Counted from the first letter of the stretch, positions 48,347 through 59,556 are shown. The stretch: DNA of 64,000 nt from an uncultured archaeon (GCA_938034445.1 CALHLD010000010.1:6774-70773), one strand, 5' to 3'. The notes: generated from the letters alone by a model not told the origin. Numbers and translations are program-made.

Positions 48347-49267
48347 TTGAAGCCACTATTTAATGTTATAAAAGATTTAGGAAAAGAAATAGAGGGAGAC
48401 TTTATTACAGTAGAAAAGAAAGAAGAGCATATAAAATTTGATACTGGACTGCATACATCAATTATAAAGGTGGAAAAGGAAATTATTAGACATCTTAACT
48501 TTAAAGACAATTCATTAACAAATAAAATTTTTGAAAACTTGGATGTTAGGCAAGGATACATATTATGTGATGGTGGTTTACTTTATGATGTATGTATTGC
48601 ATTTTTTCTAACCAAGCATAAGCCTACACCCACTTTTGCAAAAGCAACCGTTAAAGGAGCTAATCAGGTACAAAGCATTACAGGGTTTTTTCTTCCAATA
48701 TATGATTCAAAAAATTTAAGATATAATATTGTATCTCATTTGCATATCGTTTTTACAAATATTGGAAGTGGACAAACTTTTAGTGGCCATTTAGTAGACG
48801 CGCCAGCTGGAAAACTTAAAGTCAAAATCGTTCCCATTTCTGGAAAGTCGCTTAAAAGAGATGTTGACCCTAACACAGGACTAATGTACTTAAGAGCACA
48901 TCCTGTAGGAGATTTTAGCCCAAAATCAGGTGACACAATTCTTTTCGCATGTGGCCCAAAAGAAATTTTTCCATTAAAGCTCATCAAACATTTTAATAAA
49001 TTTAATGTGAAAAGAGCGAAAATTATTTTTGCTGTAGGCACTCTAACATCAGCATGCATACTTAATTCTAATAACAGTATTATGATAAAGCCTAAGGAAG
49101 GACTTGAGCTAGCGCGAACCCAAGGAGAAATCTTATTAAAAGAATATTTTAATGAGTATAAGATAAATGTCCATTTAACAGATAGGTGTGGAATACAGCA
49201 TAAAGGCTTGCTTGCATATGGTAGGGTTAAAGAGCTTGTAGAAGGCTTATTAAAAGTTGAAGTCTAG
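48347..49267 (+). CDS. Hypothetical protein with tandem PPC/DUF296-like domains
   Basis: SHLHIVF...FSGHL and a second degenerate repeat FAVGTL...VHLTDRCG..HKG. Confidence 0.5.
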   Translation: MKPLFNVIKDLGKEIEGDFITVEKKEEHIKFDTGLHTSIIKVEKEIIRHLNFKDNSLTNKIFENLDVRQGYILCDGGLLYDVCIAFFLTKHKPTPTFAKATVKGANQVQSITGFFLPIYDSKNLRYNIVSHLHIVFTNIGSGQTFSGHLVDAPAGKLKVKIVPISGKSLKRDVDPNTGLMYLRAHPVGDFSPKSGDTILFACGPKEIFPLKLIKHFNKFNVKRAKIIFAVGTLTSACILNSNNSIMIKPKEGLELARTQGEILLKEYFNEYKINVHLTDRCGIQHKGLLAYGRVKELVEGLLKVEV

Positions 49268-49273
49268 TAGGTC

Positions 49274-50038
49274 ATGGGTTTAAATGGGTGTTTTATTTTG
49301 GTTCGAGTAGTTTTTTTAGGTGTTGGTGGTTGGATATCTGAACCAAGCTTAGGCCACACATCAATTCTTATAGAAAGTTCTAGAGGAGAGAGGGTTCTTT
49401 TAGATGCTGGCGAAGGAGTTTATTTCATGTTAAAGCGTTTTGGCTACGATATTGAGGATATCGACTATGTTATAATAACCCACGCTCACGGTGACCATAT
49501 ACTTGGTTTACCAACCCTAGTACAGATGCGCATTCATAGTAGACTAGAAAAACTTTGTATTATAACACTTAATGAGGCTGTAGAGGCAGTGAAAACCATA
49601 CTTAGAGTTACTGGCTATAATAATGCTGAAAATTTTGTAGAAATAATTGAGCTAGAACCTTATAGAGAATTGTATATTGAAGGATATAAGATAACATTTA
49701 TCGAGGCACCCCATACGATTCCAGCCGTATCGGTTAAAGTGGATGTTGATGGAAAATGTATAGTTTATAGTGGTGACACTATATATAATCCAAAACTTAT
49801 AGAGTTTGCTAGAAAATGCAATTTATTAATACATGAGGCATCTGATTACTCTCAGGAAGCGTACAAGTATGGACATAGCTCATACCAGGATGCTATAAAA
49901 GTAGCTGCAGAAGCGAACGCTGACACACTGGCACTCGTACACTTCTATCAAAAACCACAGCCAATTGAAGTTAAAAAAATTTTGGATAAGCCTAAAAAGA
50001 TTTACATACCGTATCCGGGCATGTTTTTAGAAATCTAA
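49274..50038 (+). CDS. RNase Z-like metallo-beta-lactamase
   Basis: LLDAGEG, THAHGDH, YSGDT, LIHEA, GHS, LVH. Confidence 0.88.
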   Translation: MGLNGCFILVRVVFLGVGGWISEPSLGHTSILIESSRGERVLLDAGEGVYFMLKRFGYDIEDIDYVIITHAHGDHILGLPTLVQMRIHSRLEKLCIITLNEAVEAVKTILRVTGYNNAENFVEIIELEPYRELYIEGYKITFIEAPHTIPAVSVKVDVDGKCIVYSGDTIYNPKLIEFARKCNLLIHEASDYSQEAYKYGHSSYQDAIKVAAEANADTLALVHFYQKPQPIEVKKILDKPKKIYIPYPGMFLEI

Positions 50039-50043
50039 GATAA

Positions 50044-51252
50044 TTAAACATATTCTATTAAAAGGTAGCAGAATAGAAACTGTACAAGGTATACAAGTAT
50101 CGATGATGGAACAAGCCACTTAAACACTTCCTTAATCTTTGATTTAAAGAAACCAACTGTTAAAATAAGACATAGGTGTAATGGGGAAGTAAAGTATGCT
50201 AGAAAACTGCTCACATATAGTAAGGCAACCTGTTCAGGCAAAATGGTTACAAAGGCGTCAGAAACCAGTGAAGCACTCATTATAGCGGAGGTCTGAGGTT
50301 CCGCAGTAATAAACCCAAAAATTAATGGGATGAGAGAGAAGAAGGCTAGTGTAGGAAAACCGAGCGCGATCGCATTTTCTACTATAAAAGTGTCTACGTG
50401 CATGTATTTTATAATATTTCTAAAATATAGTGCGCCAAGAACAGATGCTACAAGCTGCCATCTAAAACCCTTCCTAATAATTTCTATAAAATTCGATAAA
50501 TTTACTTTACCCAACAATATTGCAGAAAATATTCCTAAAAGCAAGGAGATAATTAGATGCACACCTAAAACATTTGTCAAAATCGTCACAGTAATGGGGA
50601 AAACACCTTTCAAAAATGAGTATGAAAATGATCTTCTGCCATTATGGGAACTAGAAACCCTTATTGGCCTAATCAAAAAGATGTAGCCGAAAACAACATA
50701 TAAAATAAATGCGGGAACATTAACAATAATAATATCGTATATGTTTTTGTTAGTGATTTTGCAAACAACAATCAAAGTAGTAACTAGTGGAGAAATAAAG
50801 AACCACATGTGCCTAAACCACAAGTTAATCAAACTTCTTCTTTCACTATCAACTTTAAGCTTTCCAGCTTCACCGTCTATAAGTGGTGCAGAAACTAGTG
50901 CACCACCCATCATTGGAAAAAGGCCGAAAACAGACGGAATAATCGCCAACACAGCCCTTTGAGACAGCATCATCTTTAAGCCGGCGATAAGTTCGTCAAT
51001 CAACTTACTTTCTATCATAGCCTGTGCAAATATAGGTATTAGAGCGACAGCTAAAACAAGCTCGTAGGTGATCCGTTCACTTGCGGTAATTAAAAGAGTT
51101 GATATGATACCCATAATGTCTATTCCAAAAAGCATTCCCAAAACAATAGCTCCAGAAAATAAGGCGAGACCATAATTTACATGCTTAATAACCAAGACGA
51201 TAACGAGACCATAACTTAATGCAAGTGCAAGAAAACCTAATAGTACATCCAA
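50044..51252 (-). CDS. DUF401 family membrane protein
   Basis: GLFPMMGGALVSAPL, NLWFRH, SPLHLCL. Confidence 0.85.
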   Translation of the reverse strand: MDVLLGFLALALSYGLVIVLVIKHVNYGLALFSGAIVLGMLFGIDIMGIISTLLITASERITYELVLAVALIPIFAQAMIESKLIDELIAGLKMMLSQRAVLAIIPSVFGLFPMMGGALVSAPLIDGEAGKLKVDSERRSLINLWFRHMWFFISPLVTTLIVVCKITNKNIYDIIIVNVPAFILYVVFGYIFLIRPIRVSSSHNGRRSFSYSFLKGVFPITVTILTNVLGVHLIISLLLGIFSAILLGKVNLSNFIEIIRKGFRWQLVASVLGALYFRNIIKYMHVDTFIVENAIALGFPTLAFFSLIPLIFGFITAEPQTSAIMSASLVSDAFVTILPEQVALLYVSSFLAYFTSPLHLCLILTVGFFKSKIKEVFKWLVPSSILVYLVQFLFCYLLIEYV

Positions 51253-51323
51253 CTCTATCGCTAAAGCCTAAAATTGTGTAAAATAAATATTTTAAAAATT
51301 TTAACGCATTTTATAAAAAGCTT

Positions 51324-52604
51324 CTAAACAACTTGTTCCTGTAAGCCTTGCTTGAGAACGGGTACAATAACTTCATTGTTAAGGTTATTCATAAGCTTAA
51401 TTGTACTTAAATGTACTGTGTCAACTTCATCATTAACTTGTGTTAAGATAGTCAACGTCATTTCAGGGTCGACATGTATTATTAGTCCAAAACCTTTAAC
51501 CATATCCTTATATCCTAGTGCAACAAACATCCTATTAAGAGCATAGGAACTGAAAATAATCTCGTTATTCCTTAAATCGTATAATATGCATTGAAGGTCA
51601 AGAGGTCTTATTTTAAGGTTAAATCCTGCATCATTTAACTTACAAATACTATAGTTTCCAAAAAAGGAGCCTCTATTCAAATAAAAATTTTTGTCCAAAA
51701 ATTTTATATTTAAATTAAAGAGGTTAAGGGATCTAGGTTTTCCCTTTCTCAAAAATCTTCGATACTGGTTTAGTCTCCTATAAAGTCTTTCCTCACGACT
51801 TTTTTGCTTAACCTTAGCCATCTTAAGCGGGACAACCTTTCCATGATACACTGAAGAAATAGACTTGAAAAGACCTAAACTATTCAAATTACTATCATCT
51901 CCAAGACAGAGTACTACATCTGGTTTGAACTTTAAAATCGAATTAACCTTATATTCTAGACCCCTATCTTTAACATAGCCATCAGTATTAACTATAAGCA
52001 TGTCCACTGAACGTTCAAGTGCAAGAGATTTTAAACGAATAATAGAGTCTATAACATGTTCCTCAAAACCTCTTGGAGAAATGACTCCAATAAACTCGTA
52101 ATAATCTGCCGTCAACTCCCTTAAATCGAAAAAGCTCTTTTTAACAAATTTAAGCCCAATACAGCCTGGTGGAGCTAGATCACCTTGCCCAAGGTCTCCA
52201 TCAAGCACACAAGGCTTTAGACCCCTAGACAAAGCATAATTTGCCAAGTAAGTGGACAGTGTCGATTTACCTGAATCAGTTTCGCCTACAATCATTACCT
52301 GCAAAGGTTTTGCTTCCAATAAGAGCTTACCAAAAACTTTTTCCACTTCACTAGACCAAATTTTTACACCACATTCAAAGTCATTTAACCAATATTTTCC
52401 ACCATCTGATACTATCACTGAAACAAGAGCACCATCACTAGATTCTACTGGAACAAGCCTATTCCTTCTAACATTAACCCTTTCATTGGGATAAAGTTTT
52501 ACACCTAAAATTTCGACAAAATTCTTCAATACCTCAATTTCCGCTGGACCTTGCACCATTAACGTTGTCTTTGGATCAACGGATATAACTTCTTCTGAAA
52601 GCAA
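51324..52604 (-). CDS. Clp1/Nol9-like polynucleotide 5'-kinase
   Basis: GETDSGKST, DGDLGQ..PPG, VNTDGY, R.ERLYRR clasp. Confidence 0.88.
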   Translation of the reverse strand: MLSEEVISVDPKTTLMVQGPAEIEVLKNFVEILGVKLYPNERVNVRRNRLVPVESSDGALVSVIVSDGGKYWLNDFECGVKIWSSEVEKVFGKLLLEAKPLQVMIVGETDSGKSTLSTYLANYALSRGLKPCVLDGDLGQGDLAPPGCIGLKFVKKSFFDLRELTADYYEFIGVISPRGFEEHVIDSIIRLKSLALERSVDMLIVNTDGYVKDRGLEYKVNSILKFKPDVVLCLGDDSNLNSLGLFKSISSVYHGKVVPLKMAKVKQKSREERLYRRLNQYRRFLRKGKPRSLNLFNLNIKFLDKNFYLNRGSFFGNYSICKLNDAGFNLKIRPLDLQCILYDLRNNEIIFSSYALNRMFVALGYKDMVKGFGLIIHVDPEMTLTILTQVNDEVDTVHLSTIKLMNNLNNEVIVPVLKQGLQEQVV

Positions 52605-52716
52605 CTTCTAATGTCACAAAACTAAGGGAAACGCACCTTTTTAACCTTTCCAAAACATTATAATTGGAAATTTTTGGTATGCTACAAACTTTATATTATC
52701 GCGTATCATTAAATTA

Positions 52717-53778
52717 GTGACCTTTATGAGTAAAGGGGTTAGTTTAAAAAATGTAGTATTAGCTTCAACTATTTTTGTAACAGTTTTTTTAGCCAGTTTC
52801 CTGGGAACAGTAGCATACTACAATTCTATAATAGGCAAAAAGAATATAGAAATTAAATCACTTTTAAAAGAAAAGGAACAAATACAAACTTGGCTAGATA
52901 AAAATGTAACCCTACTTAATTCATTAATCAAGGAAAAAGATAATCTACAACAAGATAATATTAGATTACAAGATTGGTTAAATAAAAACATAACCTACTA
53001 TGAACAGAAGATAACAATATTACAAAATCAGATAATTGACATGAACAATAAGATAGCAGAACTACAGTATATGGTCAATTCATATCAAGCTTACAAACAG
53101 GAATACCTATCATTTGAGGAAGCTTACGAGAGGCTTAGAAGCATTGTGAACCAAAGAGTTAAGCACAAAAACGTAACATCATTCATAACACCATATGATT
53201 TAGCAGTAAAAGAGACTGTTTATAAAATAACTGGTGGGTGGAGCAATCCTTCAGATATAAGCGAGTTTTGGAAAGATGTTAAAGCACTCTACAATTGGAT
53301 TGTTAACAACATTGAATATAGGTATGACGGCTTATATCCCATACTTCCACCTAAACCATATGAAAAAGTAGATTTTGAGAACGAAATGTGGCAATTTCCA
53401 AACGAAACATTAGAACTTAAAAAAGGAGACTGCGAGGACATGGCTATACTCTTATGTTCGATGATAATATGTTACGTAGACGGCAAATATCCAATAGAAG
53501 TGATTACAATATGTAGTGAGAAGTCAGGCCATGCTGCAGTACAGATACCTGTTTCAGGCTACAAGCTTGTAATATTGGATCCAGCAGGAAAATATTATAG
53601 CCAAGATATATGGGGCAATATAATGGCAAACGATATAAGATCTGAAATTAACAGATGGCTAAATTATTGGAAGCCTAAAATGGGAGGGGATATTCAAGTC
53701 TGTAGAATATTTTCGGATAAAATAGATAAAGAGTTTACTTCAACAAACGAGTATATCGAATGGATGTATAGTAGGTAG
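52717..53778 (+). CDS. Membrane-anchored coiled-coil plus transglutaminase-like cysteine protease
   Basis: N-terminal TM, coiled coil, WQFPNETL..KKGDCED, GHAAV, LDP triad. Confidence 0.85.
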   Translation: MTFMSKGVSLKNVVLASTIFVTVFLASFLGTVAYYNSIIGKKNIEIKSLLKEKEQIQTWLDKNVTLLNSLIKEKDNLQQDNIRLQDWLNKNITYYEQKITILQNQIIDMNNKIAELQYMVNSYQAYKQEYLSFEEAYERLRSIVNQRVKHKNVTSFITPYDLAVKETVYKITGGWSNPSDISEFWKDVKALYNWIVNNIEYRYDGLYPILPPKPYEKVDFENEMWQFPNETLELKKGDCEDMAILLCSMIICYVDGKYPIEVITICSEKSGHAAVQIPVSGYKLVILDPAGKYYSQDIWGNIMANDIRSEINRWLNYWKPKMGGDIQVCRIFSDKIDKEFTSTNEYIEWMYSR

Positions 53779-53867
53779 ATGCAAAAAATTAGAAAAAGTT
53801 TAATAACATTGTAACATTTTATAATAAGTTTATATCTGTGCATAGTCTGTGTATAAATTGTGATATT

Positions 53868-54091
53868 ATGGGCTATAAAACGATAAGCCTTTCTGACAAG
53901 GCATACAAAAAACTTGCTGCTTTAAAAAGAGAGGGTGAATCTTTCACGGACGTGATACTCAGATTATGTTCTACTGCATCAAAAAACCTTTGACAAGCTT
54001 CGCTGGCGCTTGGGACATGTGCGAAGAAGAGGAAAGGGAAATTTTTGGCTTAATATCGGAGTTGTGGAGAAAATATAAAAAATATGCTTAG
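53868..54091 (+). pseudogene. vapB: VapB antitoxin (DUF217-type), frameshifted
   Basis: MGYKTISLSDKAYKKLAALKREGESFTDVILRL... stops early; another frame continues KPLTSFAGAWDM... Confidence 0.75.
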
Positions 54092-54393
54092 ACACTGATT
54101 TCTTAGTCGCTTTATTTAGAAATCATCCTGATGCGGTAAAAAGGGCTGAAGAATATGATACAATGAATGTAGAGGTTTCTACAACATCAATAAATGCTTT
54201 TGAAATATATTTTGGTGCCTTCAGGTCAAAGAATGCTATAAAGAATGTTAAAAAAGCAGATGAACTATTTAATTCTATAAAAGTTATAGAATTAACTTTA
54301 GAAAGTTCTAAAAAATCCGCTGAAATCTTATCTGAACTATTGCGTAAAGGGACGCCTTTTCCAAATCACCATTTTTTCCAGACGCTTTACTAG
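54082..54393 (+). pseudogene. vapC: Truncated VapC PIN toxin
   Basis: ICLDTDFLV...INAFEIYFG...AEILSELLRKG. No start codon; the C-terminal DxLIA half is missing. Confidence 0.75.
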
Positions 54394-54725
54394 GTTTAAT
54401 GCTTTTTAAAAAAAGAGGATATGCAACTGGAATAATATCTAATACTGAAAAGAAGCTTATCAGAATAACTTTAGCTGGAGTAGAAGACCTCTTCGACTAC
54501 GTTGTTACAGCAGAAGACACAGGCTTCTATAAGCCAAATAAAAACGCTTTTATAAAAGCTTATAAGATAATGGGTGTAGACTTAAAGGATGTGGTTCATG
54601 TTTCAGCCTACCCGCAATATGATTTAGAAACGGCGTCTAAGCTTGGTGTTGAAACCGTTTGTTTGGATAGGTATGGTTACAGTTGGAAGAGAAGAGTGCA
54701 TACGCTTGACGCGCTTGAAATCTAA
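54350..54725 (+). pseudogene. C-terminal fragment of a HAD hydrolase
   Basis: FPDALLGL..FKKRG...IISN, YKPN, HVSA...D; the N-terminal DxD motif is absent. Confidence 0.7.
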
Positions 54726-54779
54726 CCAAAAGGGTTACGCTAAAATATTTGGAAATGTTGGGTAACATGAATTATTATT

Positions 54780-56030
54780 TTAAAAAAGTTTAGCTTTATA
54801 GCATAAGTCAAAGAGTGGGATTATCTTTATTTCGTCAACCTGTCCAAATTCGTTTCCAAGATATATTAATATTCCTTCTTTCATATCAAATTTTTTTATC
54901 ACATATTTTAAATTTTTTAAGTCCCAGTCATAGACTTTTCTTCCAGCCTTAACTTCTATTGGAAGCCTTCCAACAATAAAGTCAATTTCTTTACTACCAT
55001 CCCTCCAATAGTATTTTGCATCAAATAATGATGCTACAATACATTCATAAAACTTTCCAGGTTCGATTTCATCTTTGTTAAATAGGCTGTAAATCAGGCA
55101 CCAGTGATATGGATAAACTTTTCTCAGCTTTCTCGAGGTAACTAAAAGAGAACTTCTCAAATTCTTCACTATCCTGATAAGGTAAGAATTTTCAAGATAG
55201 TTAATATGTTCAATCAACGTCTTCTTTGATACTCTCAAGCTAGAAGAAAGCGAATCCAGATTAAGAATAAGTCCAGGCTGTGAATAGAAGATTTCCAACA
55301 AATTCAATAATAGACTTGAATTAACGTTCCTAAAGATTTCAGGTAAATCTTTTCTAACAACTTTTTCAACAACATTCGACCTTATATACTCTCTAACAAG
55401 TTGTTCACTCCATTCAACAACTTCAGGTAACGGTTTAAGAAGGTATTCCTCAAAAACCAGTTTAACATCATTCCTCCAAACATCCAGGTTATCTATTTTT
55501 CTTCCCTTTTTCAATTCAAAGAACTCTATTAGGGAAAGAGGCTCCATTTTTATCAAAAAATATCTTCCAGCCAAATTTGATAGAGCTTCCTCTTCTATTA
55601 AGATGCTCGCTGAACCGGATACGATAATTTTTAAATTTGGGAAATTGTCATAAAGTAATTTGATCTTCGAACTCCAATCCTTAAGCTTCTGAATTTCGTC
55701 AAAGAATAGGTAAACTTTCTCTTTCCTCCAATCAAATTTTGTTAAACTAGAGTATGTGTTTAAAAGATCAAATAAATCTTCAACCCTTTCATCAAAAGAG
55801 AAATAAAATATCCTTCTTGCTTCGACACCATATTTAATCAAGTGTTCAATTAACTGGAAAATTAGGACACTTTTCCCAACCCTTCTTAAACCAGAAATTA
55901 TAACAATCTGCCTATATTTTTCATTAATAAAATCTAAAGCATTTTCAAAGACGTATCTCTTATACTCCTTTGCCTGTCTAACCTTTCCGTCGATCCACCA
56001 TTCGTTTAATAGGGAAACTAATTTTTCCAT
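54780..56030 (-). CDS. AAA_14 ATPase with DUF4143 (PD-(D/E)xK-like) domain
   Basis: GLRRVGKS, FFDEIQ, SGSAS, LAGR, YWR...EIDF...IEVK. Confidence 0.9.
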   Translation of the reverse strand: MEKLVSLLNEWWIDGKVRQAKEYKRYVFENALDFINEKYRQIVIISGLRRVGKSVLIFQLIEHLIKYGVEARRIFYFSFDERVEDLFDLLNTYSSLTKFDWRKEKVYLFFDEIQKLKDWSSKIKLLYDNFPNLKIIVSGSASILIEEEALSNLAGRYFLIKMEPLSLIEFFELKKGRKIDNLDVWRNDVKLVFEEYLLKPLPEVVEWSEQLVREYIRSNVVEKVVRKDLPEIFRNVNSSLLLNLLEIFYSQPGLILNLDSLSSSLRVSKKTLIEHINYLENSYLIRIVKNLRSSLLVTSRKLRKVYPYHWCLIYSLFNKDEIEPGKFYECIVASLFDAKYYWRDGSKEIDFIVGRLPIEVKAGRKVYDWDLKNLKYVIKKFDMKEGILIYLGNEFGQVDEIKIIPLFDLCYKAKLF

Positions 56031-56279
56031 TAAAAGTTTTTTATGGAAACTAATATTTAAATTTTAAGTTCCATATAATTTTATTAAAGATTAATGGAAG
56101 ATTTGCATGCATCCAAATATCTCCTGATCCTTTACTCGTCCTTCCACCAAAGTACTTCCTAACATAAATCACCGTTTTCGTATCGATTTTGCTTATTTTT
56201 AGGGCCACATACCTTATATGCAATACTACTCTTCTATCATATTTCAAGCCTTTTTTGTTTGATTCAACCTATTTTAGTC

Positions 56280-56840
56280 TTATATTTTCTCCCAAATATT
56301 TTCTGTTAAACCTTTTAACTCAAGTTGGCCCTTAAGCTTTTCAATGATAGGTTGAAGGTTTTCCCACTCCTCTTCATTTAAAGGTGGAACACCCACCTTA
56401 TCCACTATCGTTTTAATTAACCTTTTCGTATTCTCCTCCCCAGCCTCTGTTTTTGGTACAACAAGCCAAATATCGTAGAAGAGTGATGGCCTTAAAGCTC
56501 TAGGTATCTCAGCGAGAAGCTCCAAAATTATGCTATCTTCGGTTTCGATTCCAGACCTGTAATGGACCTTCTTCATCGCCGCCAACACTAGGCTACCTGG
56601 GACAAAGAAGACGATCGCCATTTTTTTGATGAGTTGACTAACTGAAACCGCGACACCCTTCAACTCTATCCCTTCAAGGGCTGCTTTAGCCTCTTCTCTC
56701 TCGAGCTCCTTAAACGAAACATTCATTTTCTTTAGGATTTCTACTAAAGGCTTTCTAACAATGAATCCTAAACTAAAGCTCTTAGAGGCCTTATCGAGGA
56801 ACCTCTTACTAACATATAATGTAAAAGGTTCTACTGGCAT
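56280..56840 (-). CDS. Hypothetical protein
   Basis: 186-aa ORF with a TATA-like upstream sequence. Confidence 0.75.
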   Translation of the reverse strand: MPVEPFTLYVSKRFLDKASKSFSLGFIVRKPLVEILKKMNVSFKELEREEAKAALEGIELKGVAVSVSQLIKKMAIVFFVPGSLVLAAMKKVHYRSGIETEDSIILELLAEIPRALRPSLFYDIWLVVPKTEAGEENTKRLIKTIVDKVGVPPLNEEEWENLQPIIEKLKGQLELKGLTENIWEKI

Positions 56841-57175
56841 ACTCTTATTATTTAAGATGTAGATTTAAATTTTATCATATTTTTATCGAAAATTGCGCTA
56901 AGCTAAAAATATCACTATATAATCGCCCTAGCTTGTTTAAGACCGAAGCTTGAATAATTCATCTCAAACAATCTTCTTTCATAAAACACTATTTTTAACT
57001 TTGATCAAAGTTTTCTAGAAAATATGCTTGAATCTCTTACAATTGATTCCTTTAATTACTGTTCATTTTGAAGATGATCTGGAGAATGGGGGTAGAAACC
57101 TAAAATTGGAAACCATGCTAAAAATTTTTTAAAAAAGAATATATTTATTAAAGAGTCTAACCATTTCCTGTAAAC

Positions 57176-57658
57176 ATGTATAGAGAAAGGCTTGAGGAGG
57201 CAAAGGAATTTGATGAAATTTTCTCTTTAATAAAAGGTGTTGTTGCAAAAAGGTTTGGCCTTCATAGGGCTGGATTAAGTTTAGTGTTAGCTGACTTGCC
57301 CCCAACAATTCTAGCATTACATGAAATGGGTTCGAATTCGATTGTTGTGAACAGAAAAATTTTGGAGGCAATGGCTTTGGAGGCTGGCAATAGGATTAAT
57401 AGAAATTCGTATATATTTGTTGTACTATTGCATGAATATCTGCACAGTTTCGGATTTTCTGATGAGAAAATGGTTAGGGAAATGGTATTAGATATTGTTG
57501 AATTTGCTTTTGGAAGAGATCATCCAGCGTATTTGGCTGCAGTAGATCCATTAAGCCTTGTAGGAGATAAGAATATGATATTAGGGGGCTTAAATTCTAT
57601 TGGACCACCTACAATCGTAAAAGATTTTGACAGAGAAAGCATGCCATTCATAAGCTAA
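57176..57658 (+). CDS. Small HExxH metallopeptidase-like protein
   Basis: VLLHEYLHSFG..DE. Confidence 0.75.
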   Translation: MYRERLEEAKEFDEIFSLIKGVVAKRFGLHRAGLSLVLADLPPTILALHEMGSNSIVVNRKILEAMALEAGNRINRNSYIFVVLLHEYLHSFGFSDEKMVREMVLDIVEFAFGRDHPAYLAAVDPLSLVGDKNMILGGLNSIGPPTIVKDFDRESMPFIS

Positions 57659-57713
57659 TTTTTTAAGTTCACACATCTATTATGGTGATAACATTATCAT
57701 TGCATCAAATTCT

Positions 57714-58097
57714 TTATTTTACTCCTTTCACCTGTAAGAGGATGGTGTAAACTAGTGTAAATGCTACAATAGAAAGTGTAAACATGTCTATAAAAAGAGA
57801 TTTTGGCTGAAGCCTTGGAATCAATAGAAGGGGATAGAGTGTGAAACCTAAGAATAGGTAGCCTACAATATAAACTATGGAAAAAATAGAGAGCATTCTT
57901 AATACATTTCTTCTAAGATTAGAGCTTACAGTAGCATAAAGTAGTATAAACAGGAATGGCATTAGAACGGTTAAATTGAGTAGGCAATAGTATGGTGACA
58001 TTGTGATATCGAATGTGCCAAATTCCCAAACAATTCTAATAACGATATATGATAGGATTATAAAGGATGCTAGATGATTCAATTTATTAACTGACAT
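57714..58097 (-). CDS. Small membrane protein
   Basis: Four hydrophobic segments. Confidence 0.6.
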   Translation of the reverse strand: MSVNKLNHLASFIILSYIVIRIVWEFGTFDITMSPYYCLLNLTVLMPFLFILLYATVSSNLRRNVLRMLSIFSIVYIVGYLFLGFTLYPLLLIPRLQPKSLFIDMFTLSIVAFTLVYTILLQVKGVK

Positions 58098-58194
58098 TAG
58101 ATTCGATTATTCTAAGAAACAATTAAAAACTTTTTCAAATATGGCGAGATTTGGAGGAATGTGTAGAAAAAAATTTATGATGTGTCTGTGTACT

Positions 58195-59442
58195 TTATCT
58201 TCTACTTCTAACCTTTAAGAAAACTATTAGTGCGATCATGAATATTATTACTAGTACAACCACTATAGTAACATCTAGACCGCCAGTAGGAGGTGGTGAG
58301 GTTGTTGTGGTAGTGGATGTTATGGGTGGTGATGTTGTAGGTGTTGTAGAGGCTGTATGCGGGGGAGAAGTGGTTGATGTAGTGGGTGTTGTAGATGGTG
58401 TTGTTGTGGAAGTTGGAGTGGTCGTGGTTGTCGATGTTGTAGAAAATATAATTTTGTAAGATTTAGTTAGCTCTATTAGAGGATATCGGTCATATTGTGC
58501 TTCAGAAATCTTGTAAGGTGTATCACCAACACCATCATGGTTAGCGTCAACACCCTTGTAGTCATCCCAAAAGTTTCCTAAGCATCCATGAAATTTTTTC
58601 AAGTCGTAGATATAGTCTAGTGGTTCAGAGTTCCATGTTGTATTCGCCATTTGAATTTCAACATGCCGTTTATTATCTACAAAATTGTTCAAGTAAATTT
58701 TGTTCATGGGCGAGCCTACTTTAATTCCAGTTTGGCAGCCTATTATAACGTTCCCTACAATCTTACCACTACCTAAACTTTCTATATTTATGCCGACTCC
58801 TAAGCAAGATGAAATATCATTTCCTTCTACAACAATGTAGTCATTATTATGTCTAAAATATAGACCATTTCCTTCCATACCTATTATAAGATTATTTGCT
58901 ATTCTACAGCCTGTTGACCTATCTATTCTTATCCCATGATATGTTTCTCTCAAAGTATTATTTTCTATACTCACACCACGAGAGTTGTCAAGGATTATTG
59001 CGGTATTAATATAGAGACCTTCTATAATATTGGATTTTATTATAGTTCCACTTGAAACGACTTTAATCCCATATGCCACTACATCTTTATCATTAGTTAT
59101 CTTAAAGCCTTCGAAAACAATACGATCACCTAAAATTTCTATGATATAAGATTCTGACTCGTTACTGGGGTTAGCTATTATGGTATTTTTTGGACCATGT
59201 TCTGACTTTACAGTTAAATCATTTCGTTCAATGTCTATAACTATATTTTCTCTATAAACACCGTCTCTAACAACTATTGTAGAGCCTGGAGCTGCATTGT
59301 TTATTGCATCCTGTATTGTTGGAAAATTGTCTGGAACATATATTGTTTTGTTTGAAACAGCTTTAATAGGTGCATGAACCAATACTAGCATAAGTACACA
59401 GACCATCATTGAGGCAAACATCAATCGCTGAAGCTGCTTCAT
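58195..59442 (-). CDS. Surface protein with NosD/CASH beta-helix, Thr-rich stalk and C-terminal TM anchor
   Basis: VPDNFPTIQDAIN, GVYREN, GNFWDDYKGVD...GVGDTPY; T/P-rich linker; TM plus RSRR. Confidence 0.9.
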   Translation of the reverse strand: MKQLQRLMFASMMVCVLMLVLVHAPIKAVSNKTIYVPDNFPTIQDAINNAAPGSTIVVRDGVYRENIVIDIERNDLTVKSEHGPKNTIIANPSNESESYIIEILGDRIVFEGFKITNDKDVVAYGIKVVSSGTIIKSNIIEGLYINTAIILDNSRGVSIENNTLRETYHGIRIDRSTGCRIANNLIIGMEGNGLYFRHNNDYIVVEGNDISSCLGVGINIESLGSGKIVGNVIIGCQTGIKVGSPMNKIYLNNFVDNKRHVEIQMANTTWNSEPLDYIYDLKKFHGCLGNFWDDYKGVDANHDGVGDTPYKISEAQYDRYPLIELTKSYKIIFSTTSTTTTTPTSTTTPSTTPTTSTTSPPHTASTTPTTSPPITSTTTTTSPPPTGGLDVTIVVVLVIIFMIALIVFLKVRSRR

Positions 59443-59556
59443 AAAAAAGATAAAAAAATAGGTTTATAAAAAGTTTCTGGTAGACAATTAACTTATCTTT
59501 TTGAGATTATATGAGGATTAGGGTATTTTAATGGTAAAAAAATAGTGTTATCCTCT

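Noticed and set aside
56050-56247. 65-aa ORF with faint FAD-binding-like FGGRTSKGSG
   Set aside because: Too degenerate to assign; no GxGxxG.
58260-58440. Low-complexity GTT/GTG repeats and antisense Val-rich ORF 58238..58459
   Set aside because: Simply the Thr/Pro-rich stalk of the NosD-type surface protein.
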